From the human T2T-CHM13v2.0 reference genome, Homo sapiens: a stretch of 64,000 bases of DNA. Positions 11,301 to 24,752 of this stretch are shown piece by piece. Position numbers and translations under genes: made by a program. Positions within the stretch are counted from its first letter, which is position 1, and each line of letters opens with the position of its first letter. The stretch lies in the NCBI RefSeq assembly GCF_009914755.1, contig NC_060947.1, one strand, 5' to 3'. Under the pieces are notes generated by a model, which had not been told where the DNA came from, searched no databases, and saw nothing but the letters and a program-made list of their open reading frames with translations.

Positions 11301-14300
11301 AAAAACCAGCTCCTGGATTCATTGATTCTTTTTGAAGGGTTTTTCATGTCTCTTTCTCCTTCAGTTCTGCTCTGATCTTAGTTATTTCTTGTCTTCTGCT
11401 ACCTTTGAATTTGTTTGCTCTTGCTTCTCTAGTTCTTTTAATTGTGATGTTAGGGTGTTGACTTTAAATCTTTCCCACTTTTTGCTGTGGGCATTTAGTG
11501 CTATAAATTTCCCTCTAAATACTGCTTTAGCTGTGTCCCAGAGATTCTGGTACGTTGTGTCTTTATTCTCATTGGTTTCAAAAAACTTATTTATTTCTGC
11601 CTTAATTTTGTTATTTACCCAGTAGTCATTCAGGAACAGGTTGTTCATTTTCCATGTAGTTGTGCAGTTTTGAGTGAGTTTCTTAATCCTGAGTTCTAAT
11701 TTGATGGCACTGTGGTCTGAGAGACTGTTGGTTACGATTTCCATTTTTTGCATTTGCTGAGGAGTGTTTTACTTCCAATTATGTGATCAACTTTAGAATA
11801 AGTGCAATGTGGTGCTGAGAAGAATGTATATTCTGTTGATTTGGCTTGGAGAGTACTGTAGATGTCTATTAGGTCCTCTTGGTCCAGAGCTGAGTTCAAG
11901 TCCTGAATATCCTTGTTAATATTCTGTCTCAATCTAATATTGACAGTGGGTGTTAAAGTCTCCTACTATTATTGTGTGGGAGTCTGAGTCTCTTTGTAGG
12001 TCTGTAAGAACTTGCTTTATGAATCTGGGTGCTCCTGTATTGGGTGCATATATATTTAGGATAGTTAGCTCTTCTTGTTGCATTGATCCCTTTACCATTA
12101 TGTAATGCCCTTTTTTGTCTTTTTTGATCTTTGTTGGTTTAAAGTCTGTTTTATCAGAGACTAGGATTGCAGCCACTGCTTTTTTTTGCTTTCCATTTGC
12201 TTAGTAAATAATCCTCTATCCCTTTATTTTGAGCCTGTGTGTGTCTTTGCACATGAGATGGGTCTCCTGAATGCAGCACATGGGTGGGTCTTGATTCTTT
12301 ATTCAATTTGCCAGTCTGTGTCTTTTATTTGGGGCATTTACCCCATTTACATTTAAGGTTAATATTGTTATGTGTGAATTTGATCCTGTGATTATAATGC
12401 TAGTTGGTTATTTTGCTTGTTAGTCGATATAGTTTCTTCATAGTGTTGATGGTCTTTACAGTTTGATATGTTTTTGCAGTGGCTGGTACTGGTTTTTCCT
12501 TTCCATATTTAGTGCTTCCTTCAGGACCTCTTGTAAGGCAGGCCTGGTGGTGACAAAATCTCTCAGCATTTGCATGTCTGTAAAGGATTTTATTTCTCCT
12601 TCACTTATAAAGCTTAGTTTGGTTGGATATGAAATTCTGGGTTGAAAATTCTTTTCTTTAAGAATGTTGAATATTCGCCCCCAGTCTCTTCTGGCTTGTA
12701 GGGTTTCTGTCGAGAGATCTGCTGTTAGTCTGATGGGCTTCCCTTTGTGGGTAGCCTGACCTTTCTCTCTGGCTGCCCTTAACATTTTTTCCTGCATTTC
12801 ATCCTTGGTGAATCTGACGATTATGTGTCTTGGAGTTGCTCTTCTCGAGGAGTATCTTTGTGGTGTTCTCTGTATTTCCCAAATTTGAATGTTGACCTAT
12901 CTTGCTAGGTTGGGGAAGTTCTCCTGGTTAATATCCTAAAGAATGTTTTCCAACTTGGTTCTGTTCTCCCTGTCACTTTCAAGCACACCAATCAAACATA
13001 GGTTTGGTCTTTTCATATAGTCCCATATGTCTTGGAGCCTTTGTTCATTCCTTTTCATTATTTTTTCTCTAATCTTGTCTTCACACTTTATTTCATTAAG
13101 TTGATCTACAATCTCTGATATCCTTTCTTCCACCTGATCAGTTCGGCTATTGATACTTTTGTATGCTTCACAAAGTTCTCGTGCCGTGTTTTTCAGTCCC
13201 ATCAGGTCATTTATGTTCTTCTCTAAACTGGCTATTCTAGTTAGCAATTCCTCTAACCTTTTTTCAAGGTCCTTAGTTTCCTTGCATGGGGTTAGAACAT
13301 TCTCCTTTAGCTTGGAGGAGTTTGTTATTATCCACCTTCTGAAGCCTGCTTCTGTCAATTTGTCAAACTCATTCTCCGTCCAGTTTGTTCTCTTGGAATT
13401 TTCAGCCTTTTTGCACTGGTTTTTCCTCATCTTCATGGATTTATCTACCTTTGGTCTTTGATGTTGGTGACCTTTGGATGGGGTTTCTATGTGGACATCC
13501 TTTTTGTTGATGTTGATGCTATTCCTTTCTGTTTGTTAGTTTTCCTTCTAACAGGCCTCTCTGCTGCAGGTCTGCTGGAGTTTGTTGGAGGTCCACTCCA
13601 GACCCAGTTTGCCTGGGTATCACCAGCGGAGGCTGCAGAACAGCAAAGATTGCTGCCTGTTCCTTCCTCTGGAAGCTTCGTCCCAGAGGGGCACCTGCCA
13701 GATGCCAGCCAGAGCTCTCCTGTATGAGATGTCTGTCGACTCCTGCTGGGAGGTATCTTCCAGTCAGGAGGCATGGAGCTCAGGGACCCACTTGAGGAGG
13801 CAGTCTATACTTTAGCAGAGCTTGAGCACTGTGCTGGGATTGCCGCTGCTCTCTTCCGAACTGGCAGGCAGGAACGTTTAAGTCTGCTGAAACTGAGTCC
13901 ACAGCCACCCCTTCCCCCAGGTGCTCGGTCCCAAGGAGATGGGAGTTTTATCTATAAGCCTCTGGCTGGGGCTGCTGCCTTTCTTTCAGAGATGCGCTGC
14001 CCAGAGAGGAGGAATCTAGAGAGGCAGTCTGGCTACAGGGACTTTGCGGAGCTGCGGTGGGCTCTCCCCGGTTCAAACTTCCTGGCCACTCTGTTTACAC
14101 AGTGAGGGGAAAACTGCCTACTCAAGCCTCAGTAATGGCAGACGCCCCTCCCTCCACCAAGCTCGAGTGTCCCAGGTCGACTTCAGACTGTTGTGCTGGC
14201 AATGAGAATTTCAAGCCAGTGGATCTTAGCCTGCTGGGCTCCGTGGGGGTGGAATATACTGAGCTAGACCACTTGCCTCCCTGGCTTCAGCCCCCTTTCC

Positions 14301-14770
14301 AGGCGAGTGAACAGTTATGTCTCACTGGCATTCCAGGCGCCACTGGGGTATGAAAAAAAAACTCCTGCAGCTAGCTCGGTGTCTGCCCAAATGGCCGCCC
14401 AGTTTTGTGCTTGAAACCCAGGTCCCTGGTGGCATAGGCACCCAAGGGAATCTCCTGGTCTGCAGATTGCGAAGACTGTGGGAAAAGCATAGTATCTGGG
14501 CCAGAGTGCACCATTCCTCACGGCACGGTCCCTCAAGGCTTCCCTTGGTTAGGGGAGGGAGTTCCCCGACCCCTTGTGCTTCCTGGATGAGGCAACGCCC
14601 CACCCTGCTTCGGCTCACCCTCCGTGGGCTGCACCCACTGTCTAACCAGTCCCAATGAGATGAGCCGGGTACCTCAGTTGGAAATGCAGAAATTACCCAC
14701 CTTCTGCATTGATTTCACTGGGAGCTGCAGACCAGAGCTGTTCCTATTCGGTCATCTTGCCAACCACCCT
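8360..14770 (-). mobile_element. Full-length (~6.4 kb) L1PA7-like LINE-1 with disrupted ORF1/ORF2
   Basis: 5'UTR (caagatg..gaataggaacagct), ORF1 fragments (12456-13436), EN/RT/C-terminal fragments (8574-12176) and 3'UTR; TSD GAGATGTTGAATTTT at 8190-8204 and 14771-14785. Confidence 0.95.
9950..11347 (-). pseudogene. L1 ORF2 reverse-transcriptase fragment (465 aa)
   Basis: RT motifs [27 protein letters not shown]; frameshifted from neighbouring ORF2 pieces. Confidence 0.9.
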
Positions 14771-15809
14771 GAGATGTTGAATTTTATCAAATGCTTTTTT
14801 TATCAGATGCTTTCTCTGCATCTATTAAGGTGATCATGTGGCTTTTATTCTCTATTCTATTGATGGAATGTTTCATGTTTATTGATTTGCATGCATTGAA
14901 TCATCATTGCATCCCTGGGATAAATCCCACTTGATCATGGTGTATTATCTTTTTGATGTGATGTTTGATTTGGTTTGCTAGTATTTCGTTGAGGATTTTT
15001 GCATCTGTGATCATCAGGGTTGTTGGCCTGCAGTTTTGTTTTTTTGTTGAGTCCTTATCAGGTTTTGGTATCAGGGTAATGCTGGCCTTATAGAATGAGT
15101 AGGGAGAATTCCCTCCTCTTGAATTTTTTGGCATAGTTTGAGAAGTGATATTAGTTCTTCTCTGTAAGTTTCATGGAGTTCTCCAGTGAAGCCAGCTGAT
15201 TCTGGGCATTGTTTTGGTTTTGTTGGGAGACTTTATTACTGATTATACTTTATTACTGATTCAATCCCATTACTCATTACTGGCTTGTTCAGGTTTTCTA
15301 TTTCTTTCTGATTCAGTCTTGGTAGGTTGCATGTGTCCTGGGATTTATCCATTTCTTCTGGGTTTTCAAGTTTATTAGCATATAGTTGTTAATAGTATTT
15401 CTATGGTCACTTCTTCCAATTTTTAGATTTGCTTTAATATGCAAGGACTTTTTCTTGAGGATATATCTATGGTGTTGGTTGGGCAGGGCACTTAGACTTT
15501 GATTATGGGTACATTCAGTAGTGTAGTCTGTATAATTTCTTCAGCTATAAACAGCATCATCAACCATGTCTGTATTTTTCTTAGTGGCTTAGGGTGTAGT
15601 TGTTATGGAGGCTGTGGTGAAGTTTTGATGGGCATGGGGATTTCAGGTGGGCTAGTCCTTGTTTTCGAGTGGTGTCACCAGTGGGTGAAGCATGCCTGTC
15701 CTTTGGCCCCAGGACAGTGTATTCATTAAGTTATATTACTTTTTTAAAAAAAGTTTATTTTATTCTACAATGGAAAACTTGACCTTTTCTACTTTTCCAA
15801 TATTTTCAG

Positions 15810-15877
15810 ATCTGGTAGCTCAGCGAGGAGAAAGATTGGAATTATTGATTGACAAAACAGAAAATCTTGTGGATTCT
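15810..15877 (+). CDS. VAMP7: VAMP7 internal exon (exon 6, 68 nt), R-SNARE motif
   Basis: Polypyrimidine tract with ttttcag acceptor and gtaagt donor; encodes (D)LVAQRGERLELLIDKTENLVDS including the zero-layer Arg. Confidence 0.97.
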
Positions 15878-16574
15878 GTAAGTATGGAATCTGATAATAT
15901 GGAGTCTGATGTAAAGTGGAGAAACTATGGATGATGGCTAACATAATTGGGAAATACCTTAAATTCAAATATTTGGTGGTTTTTTTTTCTTTCTCATTTC
16001 CATTATGTGATTACTTTGTAATAATGAGGATAACAATGAGGCATAGAAAAGAAACATCATCCCCTAATAGCCATTAAGGTAGCTTTGGTTTGGAAAACAT
16101 ACTCAGTATACAGAAACAATTTTCTAAAGCTTTGGATTGAGGCCTATATAATTTAGCACCTCAACTGCATGTAACAGTCTGTTCCCTTTACAAATTTGTA
16201 AAACATGAAACAAATGTGCAAGCCGTTTGTGACCCAGTATGAATCTTGAAAACTGGACAATTCACTTTTTTGCTTACACTGATAGTTTCATCTTGCCTTG
16301 TATCAATCAAGAGACATCGATTGGAAAGCGCCAATAAGCCTTAAAGGAGACAATGTGTCCTTGTGAGCTGCTTATACTATGGTTCCGTATGTCCTCACAT
16401 TTTCAATGCAGTTACTGTGGATGAAAGTTTTAAGGAAAGATGACAGATATATGGTGAACAGAAGGAGGGCAGAGATCAGCTACAATTTGGGTCTACACAA
16501 TTATAAATGTAAATGTACAGTGCAGGTTTACACCTTGAAAGAAAACAGTGATTGATTATGTTCGTTGTGACTGA

Positions 16575-16828
16575 CAGCTGGATTGTAGTGGTTAAGAACA
16601 CAGGCTCTAGTATCAGGTTGCCTGGATTTGAATCCCACCTCTGCTACTTACTAGTTGTGTGACCTTAGGCAAATGACTTAACCTCTTTGTGCCTCAGTCA
16701 TCATCTTCTGTAAAATGAAGATGTACCCACTTCAGAGCATTTTAAGGATTAAATCAGATAATGCATGTAAAGTGCCTAACACAGTATTTGATACATAGTA
16801 AGAGCTATTTAAATGTTCATCATTATTG
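16575..16828 (+). mobile_element. MIR SINE
   Basis: MIR core (tgtgaccttaggcaaatgacttaacctctttgtgcctcag...ctgtaaaatg). Confidence 0.88.
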
Positions 16829-17234
16829 TTAATTTTACAGGGACATCTATTAGCAGCAGGTTTTAGTATATACAGTCTACTATCAGGTTTTCTAGGAGTT
16901 TATAAACAGTTTTTTCATCAAAGCATGTGGTAGGTGGAGGAAGGATGCTACCATACAGGAAGTCAAAACACCTGGGTTCTAGATCTCACTTTGTGACCCA
17001 TTGCTGGGGAGCAAAGAAAACAGAGAAGTATCTGATTCCAGATCTGCAGACCAATTTCTTTGATACTTCCAGGCTGTCTCTTAGTTATTCTTAATTCTTG
17101 AGGATTACCCTGCTTAGGGGGAATGGTCTGTCTTTGACCAATAGTAGTATGATCTGTACTTTACAAATAAAAGTCTTAATTTTGTTGACTTCATGACTGA
17201 AAACAGAAGGTACTAATGAACTAACAGGTATCTC

Positions 17235-20200
17235 TCTTTATGGTAGAATAACATACGTGCAGCAAATTGTATCAAGTGTACAACTTTTAAGTGTATAGCT
17301 CAATTATTTTTTATATATATCTATACCCATGTAACCACCACCCAGATCTAGATAGAAAACATTACCAACACCCCAGAAGGCTGCCTCATACCCCTTCCAG
17401 TTAATAATCCCCAACAGACGTAATTATGTTTCTGACTTATATCACCACAGATAGTGTTTTGCCTGTTCTTAAAATTTATTTGTGTCTGGCCTCTTTCACT
17501 CACTGTTATGCCTGTGAAATTCATCCACGTTTTTTATTATAGTAATCACTTATTCTTTTTTATTGTTTTATATTATTCCATTATACAAATCTACCACAAT
17601 TTGTTTATCCGTTCTTCTCTGTGGGGCTTTATTTCTGGATTCTCTATTTTGTTCCATTGGTCAGTTTGTCTACCTTTATGCCAGTACCACACTGTGTTGA
17701 TTAGTATAACTTAATAGAATTCTTGAAATTAAGTAGTGTAAGTCTTCCAACTATATTCTTGTTGTCCAATATTGTCTTCACTCTTTTAGGTGCTTTGCAT
17801 TTCCATATATGTTTTAGAATAAGCTTGTTTTCCATCTCTTGACCCCACAACAATGTGTATCTTTGTGACTGCATTTAATATATAGGTCACTTTAGGGGAC
17901 ATTGGTATCTTGACAGTATAGAGTTTTTCGGTCCATGAACGTGACATATCTCTGCTTTTGCTTAGGATTTAAAAATTTTTCTCAGCAGTATTTTTTAGTT
18001 TTTGGTGTACAGGTCTTGCACATATTTGTTAAATTTACCCTTGAGAATATCATGCTTTTGTATTGTGTAACAAATTTTTAAATTTTGTTTCTAATTCTTT
18101 ATTGCTAGTATATGGAAATAAAGTTGGTTATTGTATATTGACCTTGTTTGTATTCTGCAACCTTAGAAAAATTCATTTACCAGTTCTGGTTACTGTTTTG
18201 TACATTCCTGCCTTTTATTTTCCTTCCCTTATTCTGGCTAGAACCTTCTACACAATACTGAATACAAGTGATAACAGTGAACATCCTTGCCTATTGACCA
18301 TCTTGTGGGGAAAAATTCAATACTTTTTGAAAAAAATAAATTCAGTGTTAAGTTTGTGGTTAACTGTAGATTTTTTGTAGGTACCCTTTAATAGGTGGAA
18401 GAATTCCCTTTAATTCCTCATTTGAGAGTTGTATTCATGATTTTATCAAATGCTTTTTCTCCATTTATTGAGATCTTTGGTTTTTCTCCTTTATTCAGTT
18501 AGTATGGCAAATTACATTGATTTTTCAGTGTTAAACCAACTTTGCATTCCTGCAAGGTCATGACTTACTACCCTTCTTATATAACACTTTATTGGATTTG
18601 CTATTGTTTTGTTCAGGAATTTGGCATCTATGTTTATAAGAGATAGTGGTCTGTAATTTATTTTTCTCTTTAGGTTTTGGTATCAGGAATATGCTGGCCT
18701 CATTAAACAAGTTGGGAAATCTTACCTCTCTATCTTCTGAGTTTGGGTACTATTGGTATTATCTGTCTTAGATGTTTGGAAGAATTTACTAGTAAAGCAG
18801 ATTGGGCCTCGAGTTTTCTTCGTTGGAAAATTTAAAATCTGCCATCTTGCTGTTTGTTTCCTATTTATACCATCTAGTCTTTGTTCCCTTTTTGTTCTGC
18901 CTTCCATTGGATTTAGTACATTTGTTATTCCATTATGTCTCCTTTGTCAGTTTATTAGCTATAGCTCCATTCTGTCATTTTCTGATTGCTTTAGGGTTTA
19001 CAGTATGTCTTTGATTTATAATCTCCCTTAAAGTGGCATTTTTCCACTTCATGAATAGATAAGAACCTTATAATAGTATACTTCTAGCTGTTTCTTCTTG
19101 GCCTTTATGCTATTGTTGACATATTTTTATTTACACATGTATTAAAAACTTCATAATACATTGTTGTTGTTTTTGTTTAAAGAGTTGATTATCTTTTAAA
19201 GAGATTTAAATAATAAGGGAAGTCTTTTCTGTTTACCCATGCAGCTACCATTTCAGTGCTCTTAATTCTTTTGTGTAGGCCGAGTTTCTATCTGATGTTA
19301 TTTTCTTTCTGCCTGTATGCTTTAATTTAACATATAATCTTCCATTGTAGTTCAAGTGTGTAGGTCTACTGGAAATGAATTCTTTCAGGTTTGGTATGTC
19401 TGAGAAGTTTTTATTTCACTTCCTTTTTTTTTTTGAAAGACATTTTCACTGAGTATAGAATTCTAGGTCAGTGATTTTTCTTTCTTTTAATACTTGATGA
19501 ACGGTGGTTCATCACTGTCTTTTACATTGTTTCTGACAAGAATTCTGCTGTCATTCTTACATACATAAAGTGTATTTTTTTTTCTTCTGGATGCTTTAAA
19601 GATTTTCTCTTTATCATTGGTTTTAAGAAATTTGATTATAATATATATGCCTTGGTATATATTTCTTTATGTTTCTTTGGCTTTGAGTTTGTTGTAGTTT
19701 TCATCAAATTATGAAAATGTTTAGCTCTTTCTAGGCTTCCAGTGACATCTGTATTAAGCCACTTGAAGCTGTCCCACAACTCACTGATGCTTTGTTCATT
19801 TTTAAGTCTTTTTTCCACTATGTTTCATTTAGAATAGTTTCTATTGCTATGTCTTCAAGTTTACTTACCTTTTCTTCTGCAGTTCGCAATCTGCTGTTTC
19901 TGTCCTGTGTATGTTTCATCTTTACAGGTTTGTTTTGGATCTTTTTTATATCTTCCATGTGTCTCCTTAACATGTGCATACTTTCCTCTACCTTGAGTAT
20001 ATGAAGTATATTTATAATTGAAGTGCTTATTCCACTTACATGTAATGCAAATTTTGATAGAGTTAGGTGTAGGTATCTTGCTCTTTGTTTTTTATTTGCC
20101 GCATCCCTGTCCTCTTCTTTTTTATTTTGATTACTCAAGTACTTTTTAAATTGTTTTTTAACCATCTCTATTTGTTTTTTAACACTTCTATTGAGAGATA

Positions 20201-20584
20201 ACTCACAGACCATACAAATTGCCCATTTAAAGGGTACACTTCAGTGGAATTTAGTATATTACATTATTAAAATTGTGGTAAAATATGTATAGCATAAAAT
20301 TTTGCCATTTTAACCTTTTTAAAGTGCACAATTCAGTGATGTTAATTACATCCACAATGTTGTGCATCCATCACTACTAGCTATTTCCAAAACTTTTTTA
20401 TCACCCCTTAACAAAAACTCTGTAACCATTAAGTAATAATAACTCCCCATTCCCCTTACTCTCAGCCCCTGGTAACTCTAATCTACTTTCTGTCTCTGAA
20501 TTTGCCTGTTCTAGATATGTCATATAAGTGGGATCATACAAAATTTGCCCTTTTGTGTCTGGCTTATTTCACTAAGCATAATAG
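17235..20584 (-). mobile_element. Mosaic of old antisense L1M fragments
   Basis: L1M 3'-end motifs at ~17240 and ~20190; degenerate ORF1-like translations at 19636-20213. Confidence 0.6.
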
Positions 20585-21411
20585 TTTATTGCTTAAAAAA
20601 AAATGCTAACAATCACCTGAGCCTTCAGTGAGCCTTAATCTTTTTGCTGGTGGAGGGTCTCACCTTGATGTTGATGGCTACTGACTGATCGATCAGGCTG
20701 GTGGTTGCTGAAGGTTGTGGTGGCTGTGGCAATTTCTTAAAATAAGACAACAGTGAAGTTTACCACATTGATTGACTCTTTCACAAAAGATTTCTCTGTA
20801 GCATGTGTTGCTATTTGATAGCAATTTACTGGCAATAGAACTTCTTTCAAAATTGGAGTCAATCCTCTCAAACCCTGCTACTGCTTTATCAGCTGAGTTG
20901 ATGTAATTTTCTAAATCTTTTGTTGTCATTTCAACAGTGTTCACAGCATCTTCACCAGGAATAGTTGCCATCTCAAGAAACCACTTTCCTTGCCCATGCA
21001 TAAGAAACAACTCCTCATTCATTAAAGTTTTATCAAGAAACTGCAGCAGTTCAGTCATGTCTTCAGGCTCCAGTTCTAATTCTAGTTCTCTTCTATTTCT
21101 ACCACATCTGCAGTTACTCACTCCACTGAAGTCTTGAACCCCTCAAAGTAATTTGTGAGGGTTGTAATCAGTTTCTTCCAAACACCTGTTAATGTTTATA
21201 TTTTGACTTCCTCCCACGAATCATGAATGTTCTTAATGGCATCTAGAATGGTGAATCCTTTCTAGAAGGTCTTCAGTTTACTTTGCCCAGATCCATCAGA
21301 GGAATCATTATCTATGGCAGCTATACTAAATGTTTTTCTTAAATAATAAGACTTGAAAGTTGAAATCACTCCTTGATTCATGGGCAGCAGAATGGATGTT
21401 GTATTAGCAGG

Positions 21412-21883
21412 TGTGAACCCCAAAAGTCTGAGACAGGTCTCAGTTGATTTAGAAAGTTTATTTTGCCAAAGTTGAGAGCGCACACCCGTGACACAGCCTC
21501 AGGAGGTCCTGACAACATGTGCCCAAGGTGGTCAAAGCCCAGTTTGGTTTTATACATTCTAGGGAGACGTGAGACATCAGTCAACATATGCAAGATGAAC
21601 ATTGGTTTGGCCTGGAAAGGCGGAACAACTCGAAGCAAAGGCGGGAAGGCTCGAAGTGGGGAGGGGGCCTCCAGGTCTTAGATAGATAAGAGACAAATGG
21701 TTCTATTCTTTTGAGTTTCTGATGAGCCTCTCCAAAGGAGGCAATCAGATACGCATTTATCTCAGTGAGCAGAGGGGTGACTTTGAATAGAATGGGAGGC
21801 AGGTTGGCCATAAGCAGTTCCCAGCTTGACTTTTCCCTTTAGCTTAGTGATTTGGAGGCCCCAAGATTTATTTTCCTTTCACA
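21412..21883 (-). mobile_element. MER4A-type ERV1 solo LTR inside Tigger1
   Basis: TG...CA; 4-bp TSD CAGG at 21408-21411 and 21884-21887. Confidence 0.85.
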
Positions 21884-23131
21884 CAGGCATGAAAACGACA
21901 TTTATCTCCTCGTAAGTCTCCATCAGAGCTCTTGAGTGACTAGGTTCATTGTCAATGAGCAGTAATACTTTGAAAGGAATCTTTTCTTTTTGAGCAGCAG
22001 ATCTCCACAGATCTTCTGTACACCATCCTGTAAACAGATGTGCTATCTTCCAGGTTTGTTGTTCCATTTCAAGAGCACAGGCAGAGTATATTTAGCATAA
22101 TTCTTACGGGCCCTAGATTTTCAGAATGGTAAATTACCATTGGCTTCAGCTTAAAGTCATCAGCTGCATTGGTCCCTAATAAAAGTCAGCTTATCCTTTG
22201 AAGCTTTGAAGCCAGTCATTGGCTTCTCTCTATGAAAGTCCTAGATGGCATCTTCTTCCAAAAGAAGGGTGTTTTGTTTACATTGAAAAATCTGTTGTTT
22301 AGTATAGCCACCTTTATCAATGATCTTAGCTAGGTCTCCTGGATAACTTACTGTGGCTTCTCTCTCAGCACTTGCTGCTTCACCTTGTACTTTTATGTTA
22401 TAGAGATGGCTTCTTTCCTTAAACCTCATGAACCAACTTCTGCTAGCTTTAAACTTTTCTTCTGCACCTTCCTCGCCTCTCTCAGCCTTCATAGAGTTGA
22501 AGAGTTAGGGCCTTGCTCTGTATTAGGCTTTGGCCTAAGGAAATGTTATAGCTGGTTTAATCTTCTATCCAGACCCCTAAAACATTCTCCATATCAGCAG
22601 TAAGTCTGTTTTGCTTTCTTATATGTGTGTTCACTGGAGTAGCACTCCTGATTTCCTTCAAGAACTGTTCTTTGCATTCACAATTTGGTTAACTGTTTGT
22701 CACAGGACACCTAGCTTTAGGCCCATCTCAGCTTTCGACATGCCTTACTCACTAAGCTTAATTATTTTTATCTTTTGATTTAAAGCAAGGGATGTGTGAC
22801 TTTTCCTTTCACTTGAATACATAGATGCCATTGTAAGGTTATTAATTGGCCAAATTTCAATATTGTGTCTCGGCAAATAGGGAGGCCTGAGAGGGAGAGA
22901 GATAAGAGAATAGCTGGTCAGTGAACAGTTAGAACACACAACATTTATCCGTTAGCTCCGTCACCTTATATAGGCACAGTTTATGGCACCCGAAAACAAT
23001 CACAATAGTAACATCAGAGGTCACAGATCGTCATAACAGATAGAATGAAAATAATGAAAAGTTTGAAATGTTATAAGAATTACCAAAACACAGACATGAG
23101 GCGACCACATGCTGTTAGAAAAATGGTGCTG

Positions 23132-23423
23132 CCGCATGTTCTCACTCCTAAGTGGGAGTTGAACAATGAGAACACATGGACACAGTGAGGGGAACATCAC
23201 ACACTGGGGCCTGTCGGGGAGTGGGGGCTAGGGGAGGGATAGCATTAGGAGAAATACCTAATGTAGATAACGGGTTGATGGGTACAGCAAACCACCATGT
23301 CACGTGTATACCTGTGTAAGAAACCTGCACGTTCTGCACATGTATCCTAGAACTTAAAGTATAATAATAATAATAAAAAGAAACAAAAAGTGCAGGCCAA
23401 GCAGGAAAAAAAAAAAACAAACC
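23132..23423 (+). mobile_element. 5'-truncated L1PA (3'UTR only) inside Tigger1
   Basis: L1 3'UTR with A-tail; 15-bp TSD AGAAAAATGGTGCTG at 23117-23131 and 23424-23438. Confidence 0.93.
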
Positions 23424-23893
23424 AGAAAAATGGTGCTGATAGTCTCATCATGGGGTTTCCACAGACCTTCGATTTGCCAAAAAAAAAAAAAAAAAAAAAA
23501 AAAAATCCATGAAGTGCGATAATGTGAAGTACAATAAAAGGAGATATGCCTGTAATTCTTTCTGTTGTTCTTTATTGTTTTCTGCAGTTCTGTTTCAGTG
23601 TACGATTTTGTTTGCTTCAAACTGAAGAAGTTCTTTTATTGTTTCTTATAATGTTGATCTACTGATGAGAGATTCTCTAAGCTTTTGTCTGAAAATCTGT
23701 TTCATCATTTTTTTAAAGAATACTTTCTTTGCATAGAGTTTTTTAGTTTTTCACAATGGCAGTTTTTTTTTTTTTTTAAAGTGAGTGCTTTAAAAATGCC
23801 ATTCCATTTTTCTTTGGCTTTCATATGTTCTCAAAGAGATTGTCATTTCTCTTAGTCTTACTTGAAAAATAATGATTCTTACCCCACCTTTGG

Positions 23894-24219
23894 CTTTTGT
23901 TGTTGTTGTTGTTGTTGTTTGTTTTGTTTTTTTAAGACAGAGTCTCTCTCTCTCACCCAGGCTGGAGTGCAGTGGCACGATCACAGCTTACTGTTGCCTC
24001 CACCTCCCAGGCTCAAGTGATCCTCCTGCCTTGCCTCAGCCTCCCAAGTAGGAGGACCACAGGCATGCGCCATCACACTTAGCTAATTTTTTAAATTTTT
24101 CTTAGAGACGGGTCTCCCTATGTTGCTCTGGCTGGTCTCAAATGCCCAGGCTCAAGTGATCCTCCCACCTTGGCTTCCCAAAGTGCTGGAAATACAGGCA
24201 TGAGCCACCACACCTGGCC
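23894..24219 (-). mobile_element. AluJ with (GTT)n tail
   Basis: Dimeric Alu consensus, antisense. Confidence 0.9.
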
Positions 24220-24276
24220 CCCTTTGGCTGGTTTTAAGAGTGTCTTTTTATATTTGGTTTTCAACTTTTTATATAT

Positions 24277-24752
24277 GGTTATTAGCTTTCTGTGGCTGCT
24301 ATCACAAATTATCACAAACTTGGTGGCTTAAAACAACAAAAATTTATTTTCTCCCACTACTGGATTTCAGAAGTTCAAAATCAGTTTAACTGGGCTGAAA
24401 TTAAGGTGTTAGCAAGGCTACACTCCTTCCAGAGGCTCTAGGAGAGGATCTGTTCCATGCCTCTTCCAGCTTCAGGTGGCTGCCAGTATTTCTTGGCTTG
24501 TGGCTATATCATTGTAGTCTCTGCCTCCATGTTCACATTACCTTCTCCTTTGCATGTGTGTCAAGCCTCCATCTACTTTCCTCCTATAGAGACATTTGTG
24601 ATGTCATTTAGGGCTCACATGGATAATCCAGGATACTCTCTTCATCTCAAGATTCTTGACATAATCACATCTGTAAAGACCCCTTTTCCAGATAATATCA
24701 CATATGTCACATTCATAGGGATTAGGACACAGGCATGTCTTAGGGCAACATT
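24277..24752 (-). mobile_element. MaLR LTR (MLT1-type)
   Basis: Motifs aaacttggtggcttaaaacaac, ggctctaggagaggatc, gataatccagga. Confidence 0.78.

Larger units (their letters stand above)
20585..23552 (-). mobile_element. Tigger1 DNA transposon (TcMar/pogo), interrupted, 3' end missing
   Basis: Transposase remnants ([44 protein letters not shown]); terminus gagatatgcctg followed by TA at 23553. Confidence 0.92.

Noticed and set aside
15692-15934. 80-aa ORF containing the SNARE motif as a separate gene
   Set aside because: It is VAMP7 exon 6 read through into intronic flanks; canonical splice sites delimit the homology.
20693-22492. TIGD1-like domesticated transposase gene
   Set aside because: Tigger1 ORF is frameshifted and interrupted by a MER4A LTR.
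23479-23505. 27-nt poly(A) suggesting a retrocopy tail
   Set aside because: Sits at an A-run within the Tigger1 end, with no TSD or attached cargo; slippage expansion.
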